In this document: in pieces, positions 1-14,349 of the stretch | Layout of the letters: each line of letters starts with the position of its first letter | Position numbering within the stretch: the stretch's first letter is position 1 | Assembly (NCBI GenBank): GCA_964035545.1 | Contig: OZ037765.1 | Coordinates: 1,798,001-1,862,000, forward strand | Direction: 5' to 3' | Source of the DNA: Bugula neritina | Lineage: Eukaryota; Animalia; Bryozoa | Length of the DNA: 64,000 nt | Translations under genes and position numbers: made by a program | The notes under the pieces: model-generated | The model's database searches: none | What the model was told of the DNA's origin: nothing | Seen by the model: only the letters and a program-made list of their open reading frames with translations

Positions 1-2293
1 GTTGAGATTATTAATACCATTGAGCTTAATAACACCACCATGGCTTGTGCGAAAAATAGTAACAGAACAAGTCTGTAACAAAAAGGAAAAAGAAAAACTG
101 ACAATGTACAAGTATGGAAAATACGACTGCAGAAGAAATAAAAAGAAATTAGATCAGACTTAAGTAAAATAGCAGAGTGAAAAAGTAGAGCTTACAATGA
201 TTCATTGAGAAGAATGGTTGAAGAAAAATATAGGATAAAGAACAAAGAGTGTGGTGTAGTGATTGAAAAACTGAAGCAAAACCTGAGAGCTGTAAGCCAG
301 AAGATAAACAGATATACAGAATGAGTTGATCAATATAATCAGAACACAATGTTTACAATGATAAGCGCTTTTATCAAGAATTACGAGGAAATGAATACGT
401 ACATCTAAAGAGGCACCTGACAAGGAAATCAAAAGCATTCTGATAAAATATATGGGGTCAGCCAACTAAAAATAATACCAATGCAGAATGACTAAATAAA
501 GTTAGCAACAAATTGGAGCATATGTAAAGACAAGGAAATTAAATCTTAGAAACGATGCAAACAACTGGAATAGCAATTAATGTCATAAGGTTGATAAAAA
601 AAAGCATGAAACCTGGAAAACACAACTGAAATACCTGGAAGAAAAGATAGGAGAAATAAAGATCAAACTAAGAATTTTCCAAGGAGACTCTTTATCTCTA
701 TCCCTTTTCTCCAACTACCGATTCGCATGACAGAAGCGGCTCAATGATGCAAATTTCGACGAGACAGAAAACAAACCATCTCCTATATGTGGATGACCTG
801 AAGGTAAATAGGAAATCAAAGTGGGAACTGGAAGCTTTGGTAAACACTGCCGGGATCTTCACAAGGAATATAGAAATGAAATTTGGATTAAAAAATGTGC
901 CACACTGGTTATGAGAAAGGGAAAGAAAATTAAGGACACAGGAATCAGTTTGCCTGATGAACAGGTAATCAAAGATCTGGGTGAGAAGCCGTATAAATAT
1001 CTAGGAGTTCTTGAGATTGATGGAATACAAATATATGAAATGAAAAATAAGATCAAGGAGTACTACAAACAAATAAGAAAAGTTCTGGATTCAAAACTGA
1101 ATGGTGAGAACACAATCAAAGCAATAAACACATGGGCAGTAACAGCAGTGCATTACACAGCTAGAATACTTGACTGAACTGTTTCATGAGCTAAAAAATA
1201 TGGACTGAAAGACAAGGAAGCTAATGACAACAAACCGTGCACCCTATCCGAGAGCAGATGTAGGCAGGCTGTATTTTAGCAGAAGGGAAGGCGGTAGAAG
1301 AATGTTGTCAACTGAAAAATGCATAAAGATTGAAAACTGCAGCATGTCAGACTACATAAATATAACATAGACTGATAGAAACACCACACTGAATACCTTC
1401 CTAAAAGACAGAACAGCGGTAAAACTAAATAATGATAAAGTGATAGAAAGAACTGATGAGTGTAAAGAAAAGCTTCACGTGGTCAATACATCAAAATGGT
1501 GGAAGACATGAAAGCATTTTCCTGGAACTGGTTGAAGTATGGTTGGCTGAAAAAGGAAACAGAAGGACTGCTGACAGCTGCGCAAAATCCACTATTCACT
1601 ACTAGAAATTATAAAGTGGCTATGATGAGAGAACAGGGTAGCAAGAAGTGTGGAATGTGTAACGCAAGAGACAAAACTTCGATGCACGTATTGAGTGAGT
1701 TTGAGAAGGTAGCAGAAGGAGAATATAAGAAAAAACACAACCTTTTGGCATTGATAATTTCAATAGTAGTTGTGTGAACTTCGTGGGTTTCAGAAAAGTA
1801 AGAATTGGTACGGCCATCAAGCAGAATAAGTACTGGAAAATGATAATGTGAAAACCTTGTAAGACTTTAACATACACACTGACGTAGTCATCAAAGTTAG
1901 GAGACCCGATATATTAGTAGTTGACAAGCATAATGCTGAAACAACGATAATTGATATCACAGTCCCTGTTAACTACAGAGTAAAAGAAAAAAATTCGAAA
2001 AGTTAGGAAAATATCAGAATTTAGCACTAGAATAAACCCGCCTTTGGAAAACATCAAAAAGTCATCCCGTTGTAACTGGAGCCTTTGGAGCTTTATACAA
2101 GATTGTAGACTGGCTGACACTACTTGGAGTAGCTGAAAACAAATGCTCATTAATTCAGCAGACACCCTTACTAGGATCAGGATAAGCTCACATCCTGAGG
2201 AAAGTTCTATCCATTTCAGCCTAGTATAACTAGGCCAATGGTAAAAGGTTACACCAGCTAAAAAACTACGGTCAATCAACAATAATAATAATA
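1..2293 (+). mobile_element. Decayed non-LTR retrotransposon with restriction-like endonuclease (R4/Dong-like); frameshifted, internally deleted, 5' end outside window
   Basis: RT motifs IFQGDSLS (~674-697), LLYVDDLK (~779-802), FGLKKCA, YKYLG and AINTWAV. Also WLKKETEGLLTAAQ, a degenerate zinc knuckle CGMC..HVLS, and REL motifs RPDI / IIDITVP / VVTGAFG. Ends in an (AAT)n tail at 2281-2292. Multiple stops and frameshifts. Confidence 0.85.
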
Positions 2294-4144
2294 TACAACT
2301 ATATTAGTGCAGTTGGTTCTATTATTAGATTAGCATATCGATTATGACTTTTCGATTGCCACCCTGATACTATGAGTAAAATGTACAAGCATACGTGAAA
2401 GTATAGATATGATCATAAGTATAAAAATAGGTATAAGTATAAATATAAATATAGGTACAAGTATAAAACGAATGATTATATTATTAATAATATTAGTCAG
2501 TGATACCTATAACCGTAATGGTTTTTAGGCTTACAGTTATCATTAACATTAGCTGAGTAATATGATTAGTTAAAATAATGGTATTCATTATTATATCATA
2601 GTTATAAGTTATAACTCTAGTCTCTAAAGAGCAACAGCAAGTGTAATTGGGATATTCATATTAAATTTCATATTCACATAGTGAAATGTTTATGTTATGA
2701 ACTAATTTATTCCTTCAACATTTAACTATAAATATGATTAACACTAACTTTGACCAGCAGTATTACTAAAAGAAGCGTATTACAAATATAAGATAATAAA
2801 ATTCTAGTAGTAGGACTAATAGTATTACTAGGTCCAGTATTATTCTTGTTATCTTATTCATCATTCATGAGTTATCAAATTTAAAATTACTACTTATTAG
2901 CATCAGCATATAAAAAGTAAGATCATTAGGAATAATTATCATGAGGTATGATCTATGATTTGCATTATCCATATATAGTTTAATATCAATATGATATATT
3001 ATTATTGCTGATAGTCTATGTTATAGTTAAATTTATACTTATCTTTACAGTTACCTATAGTAGCACTTATTAGTTATTTGTGGTAGCCAAACTAATGTTT
3101 AATATTAATAAATTAAACTGAGTATCATAAAAGTGTTACTAAGAATTTTAATTATAATCGTAATGGTGATCATATTACTTTATTATAATTATTATATTTT
3201 ATCATTAATGCTAAACTGAGTAAATGTATATACTTTGAGTTTTACTATTACTCATTATATTTACACTTATAGTAAAACTAAATATGTAAAAGTTATACTT
3301 ATACTATTATTATTCGTATTTCATTAGACTTACATCTAAGATCGCAGTCCTATTACTACTACCACTGATACTAGTACTACAACTAGTACTAGTACTGCTA
3401 ATAGTACTGTTACTACTACTACTACTAGTACTACTACTAGGTCTACTACTGTACTAGTACTACTACTAGGTCTACTACTGTACTAGTACAACTACAAACT
3501 TTGAAAATAACTGCAAGAAAGGTATGACTTACTCTTTTTCTTAGTCTTACTGTGACTCTCAGTCGTAATGTAAAATAAAATTGTGAACTGTAAAGTTAAA
3601 CCCAAGGCTGAAATTTATTTAATTAAATTTAGACAATCTGAATCATTGGCTCAATCCTTGAGTTTGACTATTACTATTATTATTACTATTAGTGTTACGA
3701 TTGTGATTATCATTGGCATTATGCCATTATCATTATCATTATGATTGTAATTCAAATTGTGGTAATTCTAACATTAATTATAATCATAAATTAAAAGGTA
3801 ATGATTAATGATAATTATTTTCATTTTGTGATCATAATGATAATCATAATGATGTAAATTTTGATGTAAAACCAAAATACTAAAACTAAAAGTAAAAGTT
3901 ATAAAATTAAATGATAAAATATCATAATGATAATTATTATATTTATTATATTATTATTGAATATATTATTATTATTTCATTAGAAAATAGGTTGCAGCTT
4001 AGCATGATTAAAATTCAGTAAAAATTAGTTTACCAACAGCAAACATGCATGCGTCTTGTCAACATTCAATTCGTAGTGTCATAGCGAAGCCAGATTACTG
4101 GTAGTACGACTACTAGAACTACTACTACTAGTGATGGATTACAG

Positions 4145-4581
4145 CAGTGTGGTATATTAAGAGTGTTGCCATTAGCAAATCTTACGGAATCATATGGGCG
4201 CCATTATGCCGAGATTGGTACCGCGAGTTTATATAAGTTATAAAGGAAAAATTTTGCCACTTTTGTTATTTTATTTTTTTTCTATTTTATGTGTACATTT
4301 TTTTTAAGTTTTTTTATTGGTAAAGTTTTTAAACACATTTTTAATGCACATAAAATTAAAAGAAAAATTAAAACTCAATCATGCACATAAATACAAAGCT
4401 ATAAAGTTCAAGCTTCGCTGTGATTTTAATGTGAATATGAATTGAATAATGCTTGCAATAACCATTATACACAAAATACGTTACAGTTGCTATAAATGTA
4501 AGACTAGTTAATTGGATGCAAATAAGCACGGTAATACTACTTAATTTATGCTATTTTTGAATTTTGTAGTAAATATTTGGC

Positions 4582-4666
<85 letters not shown>

Positions 4667-5294
4667 ATATTATTATATATATAATATATAATATTATTAT
4701 ATGTATATATATATATATTATATATAATATCATTATATATATAATGTATATAATTTAATATATAATATAATAATATATTATATATGATATTATTATATAT
4801 ATAATATAATATATAATATAATAACATATTATATATGATATTATTATATATATAATATAATATATAATATAATAATATATTATATATATTATATATGATA
4901 TTATTATATATATAATATATATATAATATAATATATAATATAATAATATATAATATATTATTAAAAAATATATATATATTATATATAATATTATTATACT
5001 TGTATAATATATATATAATATAATATAATATATAATATATAATAATATATAATATATTATTATAATATATATATATATTATAAATAATATAATATAATAA
5101 TATATTTTATATGATATTATATATATATAATATATATAATATATATATAATATAATATATAATATAATAATATATTATATTATTATATTATATAATATAT
5201 TATTATAATATATATATATTATATATAATATTATTATACTTATATAATATATATATAATATAACAATATATAACATAAAAATATATAATATATT

Positions 5295-5348
<54 letters not shown>

Positions 5349-5777
5349 CATGCCGAATATTTACTACAAATTTCAAAAATAGCATAAATTAAATAGTATC
5401 ACCGTGCCTATTTGCATCCAAAATTTACTAGTCTTACATTTATAGCAACTGTAACATATTTTGTGTAAAATGGTTATTGCAAGCATTATTCAATTCATAT
5501 TTACATTGTAATCACAGCGAAGCTTAAACTTTATAGCTTTGTATTTACGTGCATGATTAAGTTTTAATTTTTTTTAAAATTTTATATGTATTGAAAATAT
5601 GTTTAAAAACTTTACCAATAAACAAAACTAAAAAAAATGGACACATAATATAAAAAAATAAATAAAATCACAAAAGTGGCAAAATTTTTCCTTTATAACT
5701 TATATAAACTTGCGGTACCATTAGCGACATAATGATTTTTCATGGTTTAAAGTCAACACTCTTAATATACCACACTG
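4145..5777. mobile_element. Non-autonomous foldback DNA transposon, hAT-like, with (TA)-rich core
   Basis: TIR CAGTGTGGTATATTAAGAGTGTTG at 4145 and its reverse complement ending at 5777. Imperfect inverted arms of ~430-440 bp. 8-bp TSD GATTACAG at 4137-4144 and 5778-5785. Confidence 0.9.
4585..5345. repeat. (TA)n/(TATAA)n microsatellite core of the foldback element
   Basis: Direct inspection. Confidence 0.9.
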
Positions 5778-8700
5778 GATTACAGATCCTTGGCGATTTT
5801 AGCTGTGAGTGACCTTCACCTCACATTCTCGTCATGTGCGCGGCATTAGACTAAGTAGAGGGTATGAAGCACTGAGCTGGAAAAGAAAGAATATATTTTA
5901 ATTATAGGTAATACTAATAGTAATATAATTTATGTTAATATATAGGTAATATTATTGAGTTCATTGGTATGGAGTATAGACCTATCACTGATAGTATCAG
6001 TATCAACTACCACTTACGTACTACTTCAACTTATAACTTACCTTCAACTCAAACTGAAACTGCTTGGAATCATTTGTGATTTGTCTTTGATCATATTGGC
6101 ATTGTCATTGTGATTGTAATAACTATTAATATTTTTAGTTCAACATCAATGCCGAACATATTGTAATAACTAATAAGATAATCATAAGGTTGGTATATTT
6201 TGCTAATACTAATACTAATAGTAATAGTTATAGTAATAGTTATAGTAATTCAGTGTCACTCTCACTCTGGTGGAGTGAGACTCAGACTTAGAGTTAGAGA
6301 CAGAGTGAGTCCGAGTAAGTCTGAGTGTTGGTAATAGTAATAGTCATAAAAATTTAAATTATATTTACTTATTTCTAGCAATCACAATGGCAATAGTTAT
6401 AGTAACTTTCACTTACTCTTAAATCATTGAACCTGAACTAAAAGTAAAATTAAGCATTATGATTATGATTATCATTATCATTATGATTATACCTATGATT
6501 TTATTGTGTTTAAATTAAAAATCAATATCATGATAATATCATAGTGATAGACATATTATTGATAAATGATAATATAAAAGTAATTTGATAAATTATACAT
6601 TGATTTTGAATTAAGGTGATACTGATACTAGACCGGTACTGAAAGTGATAGTAATACTAATAGTAATAGTAATAGTCATATAAATTTAAGTTATATTTAC
6701 TCATTACCGGCAATCACAATAGCAATAGTAACTTAAACTGTAACAGTAATGGTATGGGTATGTTTGAAATTGTCACTATCAGTATTGCTATGAATCAAAA
6801 TATAATGCTATCATACCAATAATTTAAAATAATATTACAAAGCTTCAGTAGCAACTTTTACTTGTACCAGTTTGGAATTTTGAATTATACATATTCTTAG
6901 TTGAAGTCTTCAAGTTTATTGTCAAAATGAACTTGAAATTAAAGACTTAGTAGTAAAAATTAAACTAAGATTGACTGCAAGTGACTAAGATTAAAAATAA
7001 GTAATTTTAAATATCGATTTAGTATTTTTCTTACTCTTTGTCTTAAAATTGACTTATTTTGCACCTACTCCTGGTCAATGATTCTTTTTTCTATTTATAT
7101 TACTATTGCTATTAGTATAATTGACTTAAATTTAATAATATATATGATTATATCTTTATAAATGTGATATTTGAGTTTATGAATAGTAATTCGAAAACTC
7201 TTTGGTATTATTTATTTTTGATCATTGTAGTTATTATCATTATATTTGTATAATAATTATGATTATCAAATTCAATATCGATATTTGTATTATGGTATGG
7301 ATATCTGCCTCCATCCCATGTTCTGTTTTGCAGTGCCTTTTTACATTCACGTCTAGGTTCACATTGCGATGGTCATACTGATAGCACTTGGGGACAGTGA
7401 TGAGCATAATGATTATCACTAATATTAAGATTATCGTTATTAGGATTTAGAATAATTTAATAAACAAGCAACTTAAAACAAATGTTTTTACTAATATACA
7501 TATTAATTACTAATATAAATATACTACTATGAATATTATAATTATTATACTTTACAATTCAAAGTAAGATAATCATAATACGAACTGGTAAAACTAAATA
7601 TAAAGTAAATGTAATAATACTAATAGTAGTTATCCATTCCCCTTTGGTTTCACATACTAATAATTGGAAACCTCTGTCCTAATATTATTTCTATTAATAT
7701 TGCTCAAAGTTTGATCCCTATTTAATTTTATAGTTCACTCACCAGCTACATAATTTTATTAAAATACATGTGGTATTGGTTATAGTACTAGTGAAACTTG
7801 AAGTTGAATAGCATGCTTATTACTCACTGCTCTTTGCTTACATTATTAGGGTTACTCTTTAGTCTTAGAGATACCCTAACATAAACTTGAAAGCTGGAGG
7901 TAGTACTAGTCTAGTGCTGTGTTAATCCTACACTGTTGACTTATCAACACTGTGACTATAATTATGACTCCTAAGTCAAAGTCATTTTCATATAGTAGTA
8001 ATCACTATGACAGACTGAAAGTCAGGAAGACTAAATATAATGGTAAAGTGTGTAAGAATAAATCATACTTAATCAATTACTTTTAGTTTTGTTACCAGTG
8101 TTGGGTCAACTTTCAGAATAAAGAATAAATATAATTATAAAGATAAATGGATAAAAATTCCAATCATGGTTTAATGTGCCTATTTTAAGCTGTTAATTTA
8201 ATTACTATAATATAAGTGCTCAAAATACAACTTTTGATTTTCATAATTATGTTTTAATTTAATACAGATACCATAGTATCATATACAGTAGAATCAGTTG
8301 TATCTTATTTAATAATGAAGTAACTTATTGGAGCTTTCACAGTTATTAATTATTTACTTGTTAGTCTTTGAACTGGGACAATGTTTGAAACTTGAAGTAG
8401 AATGAAGTTTGATTTCAGTTACCGCAATGGTATCTGCAGTCACAATAGGAATACGCATATAACTATGTTTATATTTGTGAAAAATATATAGTCAAAACTA
8501 GATAAGGTAATAGTAATTATAATTGGTTTCACTTTTAATATATTCCTATAAACTGGAAAATTATAGACAGAAGCATTTAATCATGAAAGTAAACCTAGTG
8601 GAAGTAAATCAATTCACTAAGTATAGTAAAATATTTACTATTCAGTAAGTTTATTTACCTTAGTTAATTGTACTTGATTATTTCTGTCGGTTTTTCAGTT

Positions 8701-9709
8701 GATTTTTCTACCTTTTGCTATAGCATATCAAACTACCACAAAGTCATGCTTCCGTATTACAATTATAAACATAGTGTTACTGTGTAATGTTATAGTAATG
8801 TAATAGTAATATTTGGATCATTGTAAGTATTTCTGTTGTTGTACTGATTGATAAATATTTTTTAGCTTGCATGGATATTTGCAACGATCAAGATGTCATT
8901 TGAACCTGGTCTGGAATAAAGATGGCAAATCGAGAAGCTAGCTACAATTATTCTGCAGAAAGAAACTTGGTAAGCAAAAATAAGCTGCAGCATTAAGCAG
9001 TAAGCAATATGACAATGAACTTTGCTTGATTTTGATTGACCTTAAAATATCTGGTCACCTTTCACCAACGTGGTCCTGCGCGGGTGGCGGGTGACCTTAA
9101 AATGTCTGTTGCACGTAAAATAAATTTTGTGACAGTCAAAAGTATGCTGATCTTTTTCGTATTTCAGTGCATCGGTGTCTTAGCTTAAGAGCTGAACCCA
9201 ACAATTATGATCTAAAGCTGTTTTTTACTAGAAAGTGATTTTACTGTCTTTCTGATTATTCTTGGTTTTTCAGCTTGATGAATTGAATGAATGGATTTGA
9301 TTTCGGGTATTATGTAATGGATGAAAGAAATTTTTCTTAAATTTGTACTGAGCAATTTTTGCTATTGCTATGATGTTTAGTGATAAAATTGCACCCTTAA
9401 TAACCCTGAAAACTTTCATTACTAGCATTTGTTTATGTTCATTTTTAGGAAATTAAAATGAAGACACAACTCACCGATGCTATTTCACTGTGCCTGCATG
9501 CAGTTTATCTAAAAAGGTACTCCTATTAGCTGGCTCTTGCCCAATACCTGGTTGTCTCTGTAACTATTTTTTGCTCGCAGATGAGTTTTTTGAACTTGAC
9601 ATTTTATTGATTTTGAAAGTTATAGTGAGCTTTGAACTTGCTAGCATCGTTTTTAAAGACTTGCTGCAGTTTTTATCAACATTTTTTAAGTCAATGGTGT
9701 TAGTTTGGA

Positions 9710-10015
9710 AGCTCTCTCACTCCTCTCTCTGTCTCTTTCTCCCACACCTTCCACTCAACCTCTCTCTCTTTCTCCCCCTCTCTCCCACCCTCCCTCTCTC
9801 CCACCCTCCTTCTCTCCCACCCTCTGTCTCTCCCACCTTCTCTCTCTCCCACTCTCCGTCTCTCCCACCTTCTCTCTCTCCTAACCTTTCTCTCTTCCCT
9901 TTTCCACTATCTCTCTGACTCTCTCCCTTTCTCTCTTCTACCCCATCTCTCTTCCATCCTCTCTCCTAACCTTTCTCTCCCACCCACCCCTCTCCCACTC
10001 TCTTTCTCTCTCTAG
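9710..10015. repeat. CT-rich polypyrimidine low-complexity repeat
   Basis: Degenerate (CTCTCTCCCAC)n. Confidence 0.8.
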
Positions 10016-13000
10016 TTTGCATGGCTTTACCCAATTTTGGTTTATTTTTTTTATTTTGTTTCAGAGTATCCAAAAGGAAAGCTACAATTTATTTAATATA
10101 TATTATACCAACTTGAGCTTTACATATAATATCAAATAAATGCTGTGTTTTGTTAAAACAATGTTTGCAACTTTGTAGTATATTCAAATTCATAATTTAT
10201 TTGTAGAGTCACACAACAAGACACTACCCTGACACACTCACAAGTTGCCACTGATCCAGCAGTATAGATGATTGTTTTCTCCACTGGCTATGCTGTCACG
10301 CTTTACTGTTGTGGTGTTTGAAACAAACCAATTGTTTGCCTACGCAGATTAGGGTGAGAAAAAAAGTGAGAAATGAAAGCTGTTTTTAATACCAACTACA
10401 CTTAGTTTTTATTGAATGAAAAACAAAGTGAAATCATTAGTTATCCGTTAAATGACTAAATCATTGTTTATAAAGATGAAACACAAATAATCTTATAATA
10501 TGCTAATGAAATTTGGCTTTCAAATAGCTTTTTTCTGCATATTTGTCGAGGAAGTTTATCTTCAACAAAACTTCGTAGCTGTTGAATATGTGGAGAGTAT
10601 TTTATATTGCATAAATTTATAGAGTAAAAGGTTCTCATCAAACTTTTACAACTTAGCTCATCGACGGTTTAAAAGTGTGAGTCACCCTTCACACTAGAGT
10701 TTTATAAAGTTTTAATGAATGTGCAGTATTTTATAAAATATTGTGTGTCTCGTAAATTTAGCTATTTCTACCTTTTCAGTGAGATTGGAGTAAACACACC
10801 TCAAAATTCACATCTGGTATCACATTGATTTATCGCAAGTCAAAGTACACCTACTAACTCTTCCTTCCTTAATACCTGCTTGCTTTTGCACTTCTACTCA
10901 TTTCATATACCTAACATTTCTCTTGCAGATGAATTACATCTTTTAAGTTGTAAAAGCCTTAAATAGCATGAAATTAATGAGGTTTAAACCGTGGCCACAC
11001 TAACTATTGATGCGTTTATTGATGGGTTAAATTACACGAAAATATTGTCTCTTTCTTTTTAGTTTCACCTAAAGTATTACATACTATTGATGGAGGCTTT
11101 GCTGAAGTTTTTGGGTGATGATTTGTCAATAATTTTCCAGAGAAGATGATGCCAAGGTGGCTGGCATCATTATGCAGTTTCCAAATTTCTTTCGGCTTTG
11201 CTCTAGTGAAAATGTTGGAAAACAATCAACAAAAAGGTTTGTACCATAAACGAAGTTATTGTGTGCGTGTTGTCAAAGCATAAAGTGTGCTGGAAATTTT
11301 TAGGTTTCTGTTGAGATGCGTTTTTGCTTTTCCTGCATGAAAAAGTTCCAGTTTCAGTTAATATCACTAGCGGAGTGCCCACCTATATTTTAAATCATAT
11401 TGATGCATAAGTTCTTTTTGTAATATTAAAAGTATAACTTGCTTAATTGCTATTCAATGCCCTTTGAAGTTTCCAACTGTAATTAATTAGTTGATTTGGC
11501 AGCATAGTATCGATGATTGATGAAGGCAGCCGATATAATTATAAGCATAAATATCTATATCTACATGAAGATGTCATTCCCAATGATTGTTATTCTGAAA
11601 TCAGCTGATTAAGTTATCACAAACTAAACATTTTGACCAGCGGCTTGCAATGCAACTCGGTGAAATTTCAGACCTAGATAAATTGAATTTCTTACTGAAA
11701 ATCGTGAAGGTATTAAAGTTTAAAGTGAAAGTTTAAAGGGTCATCTCTCTGCGAATTCTAATAGCATGGTGCCAATTAGACTTGAAAAAATTTCAAGGCA
11801 CTACAAAGCACTAAGCCCATTCTTACAAGTAGTTTCAAAGTGCACTGGAATTTCAGTTTACTTGTCATTGTATAGAATCCTGATCTACACTATATAGCAT
11901 TCACTATTGCCTGCTTCTTCTAAGCATCTATAATGTATTAACTACAGTTTGCTTTGAGAAGTGAATTTCTACTTGGTATTTTTTCCTTATCGTTCCGTTG
12001 TTTGCCAGTAGTCTTAATTTAATGGATTTTCCCTTTTCAAAAGTGGTTGTGACAATCAAAACACATCATGCAGCCTGCAACTACACAATCAGTCAGTAAT
12101 TTCTTCCATTAAAGTAGCTCTTCTGGTTACTCTTGCTCACCTAAAAGCCTGAGCCTCATTCAAATTGCAATTTTTTAGAGTTGTTAGTTTTTCATGCAGT
12201 CTTTCATTTTTTTTTTGTTAGGCACAAAATTAGTATTCACTAGACCTAATCTTTCATCTGCATGTGTGCCTATTGTTTGTTCATTAAAGAAAAACCTCTG
12301 CTGAATATTGAACTAATAATGAAAATAAATTCCCTAAACTAAAAGTAGCAGTGTGATTTTGGTATTACAATTAGTTGTTAGCATAGAGTCAAGTTATTGA
12401 CAGGAATTTTCAAATTGAATTGAATGAATTTCATTGTAAGTCAGCAAGATTTAGTCTAAGTAAACATAGCATTACATCGTGTTTTATTTAGCATTTGCAG
12501 AAGGCAACATATATTTTAAGGATTATTGTAAACTTAAATGTAATTTTAAGTACTTTCCATGTTTGTTATTGTAGATGGTCTTGTTCTTTAGGATGGATGT
12601 GACAACTCCTTGTGTCAAGCTTAACTGATTGACTACTGAATCCCAATCATATGTTTTGCCAAAAAATGTGAAAATGGAGTGCATGTCTACTTTATTTGAG
12701 AAAATATTAAAAATACTTTTGAAACTTCATCTAGCCAAACAATACAACAGTTTCATTTTATTAAAAAATATCATTTGCACAAAAATGTATTATGTAATCG
12801 AACAATTTCTAGAAAAAAAGTGCTTTCCTCCAGTTTTGCTAATGAACTACATTTTTCATTATATGCTTGTCTTTATAATTTTATTAATTGTTTTTCTGGT
12901 GAGTCAATTAAAGTCAATTCAACCTAGAAAAGTCTGAATTTCAGACTTAATTTCAAGCTAGAATATTCACATTTTTAGGTCTGCGTTTGCAAACATTGTT

Positions 13001-14349
13001 GTGTTACTTTACTTTTTATATTTTTTGAAATAAATATCTTTTTAGCTTGTGCCTATTCATGATTAGAATAGTATAATAATATTTAACTTTTCTTCAATTT
13101 CAATAGATGAAAATGTTGATCAGTTGGATTATTCAGTTTAGCTGAATTTTACTTGCTTCTGCGAAAACAATCTTTTGGAGTTGTCTGCCCTCTCTTTAGG
13201 TAATTTTTTGACCTATGGTCAACGCAATAATTATAACTTTTTAAAGATGCTTGTGAACCTAACAATATAGCATAACTATCAAACCACATTATTCAATATC
13301 TGCATAAAATTTAGCCGATAAGCTGCCACCCAATGAGCTTGAAAAGATATTAGAATTCTAGCTCAGTGCTGCCATCAATGTAGATATTTATAATGATATA
13401 AAGCCAAAACTCATTATTTATAATGATATAAAGCCAAAACTCATTATTGCATGAAATTATCTAACCATTCCTGACAAAGAATCGAGATAATAACTCCAAA
13501 GTTGGTCAGTTGAAACCACAGCAATGATACTTTAATCGTTATAATTGTCAGGTTTAATTTTATACCAAGCCCCAATAAGTACATATAACTATGACAACAC
13601 AGCCTAAGCACCTCCAATGCAAGAAATTTAGTATTGTGGTGCTGCAAATCCTCCAGTTACAAATGAGTAGAGCTTTCATGATTATTGGTCTACCATAATG
13701 TTTATTTAGTTTTAAGGACTAGCATAAATGGTATTATATGCGGGAGGTATTTGAAAAGCTTCCAACTCCATCTTCAACTACGGGCTATTATAATTATGCC
13801 GATAAACGAGATACTACACTCAGACTGCCCTGTTATAGTACTATGATTGGCTACTGCAAAATCTTTGCCGATAGACAACATTTAATTATGATGTAATGTA
13901 TCTCGTATTGGTACATAAGTGTTATGTCTGAGGACGAGATACTGTGAAATTATGCCCTGTTAAAATTATGCCTACTGTCACCAAACGTCAAAAACAACAT
14001 AAATTATAATATAATTAGAATATTTATAAATGCTTTCAAAAATATTATAGATAATACAACAAAATATCTATAGATATTTTTACAAGTTTATAGACTTCAT
14101 TATTTGAAACAGATGCTATATAATTATAAATTTTTATAAAACTCTATTTACACACCAATAAATGTAGTTATTAAAAAAACCTGTTAATCTACTCACCATA
14201 ATAACAATTACACTGAAATTAGCTAATATAAGTTTAAAATTGGCTAGATTATATATTTGTATTAAAAAAACTTTTCCAAAGCAGTAATTATATAGCAAAG
14301 GATATAAATGCTGCCAGTAAAATATAGTAGTATTAGCTGGTTACTCTAC

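Larger units (their letters stand above)
2294..8860. repeat. Cryptic low-complexity tract of degenerate tri/hexamer repeats (interrupted by the 4145-5777 element)
   Basis: Local runs such as (AGTATA), (ACT), (ATTATC), (AAAGTA), (AGTAAT) and (AGACTC) replace one another. No long ORF. Confidence 0.6.

Noticed and set aside
4546-4827. Ile/Tyr-rich ORFs
   Set aside because: Translation of (TA)n repeats.
8922-10267. Possible 3-exon plus-strand 58-aa ORF (8922-8969, 9449-9516, 10207-10267)
   Set aside because: Splice phases are compatible, but there is no recognisable homology and such joins arise easily by chance. Needs RNA evidence.
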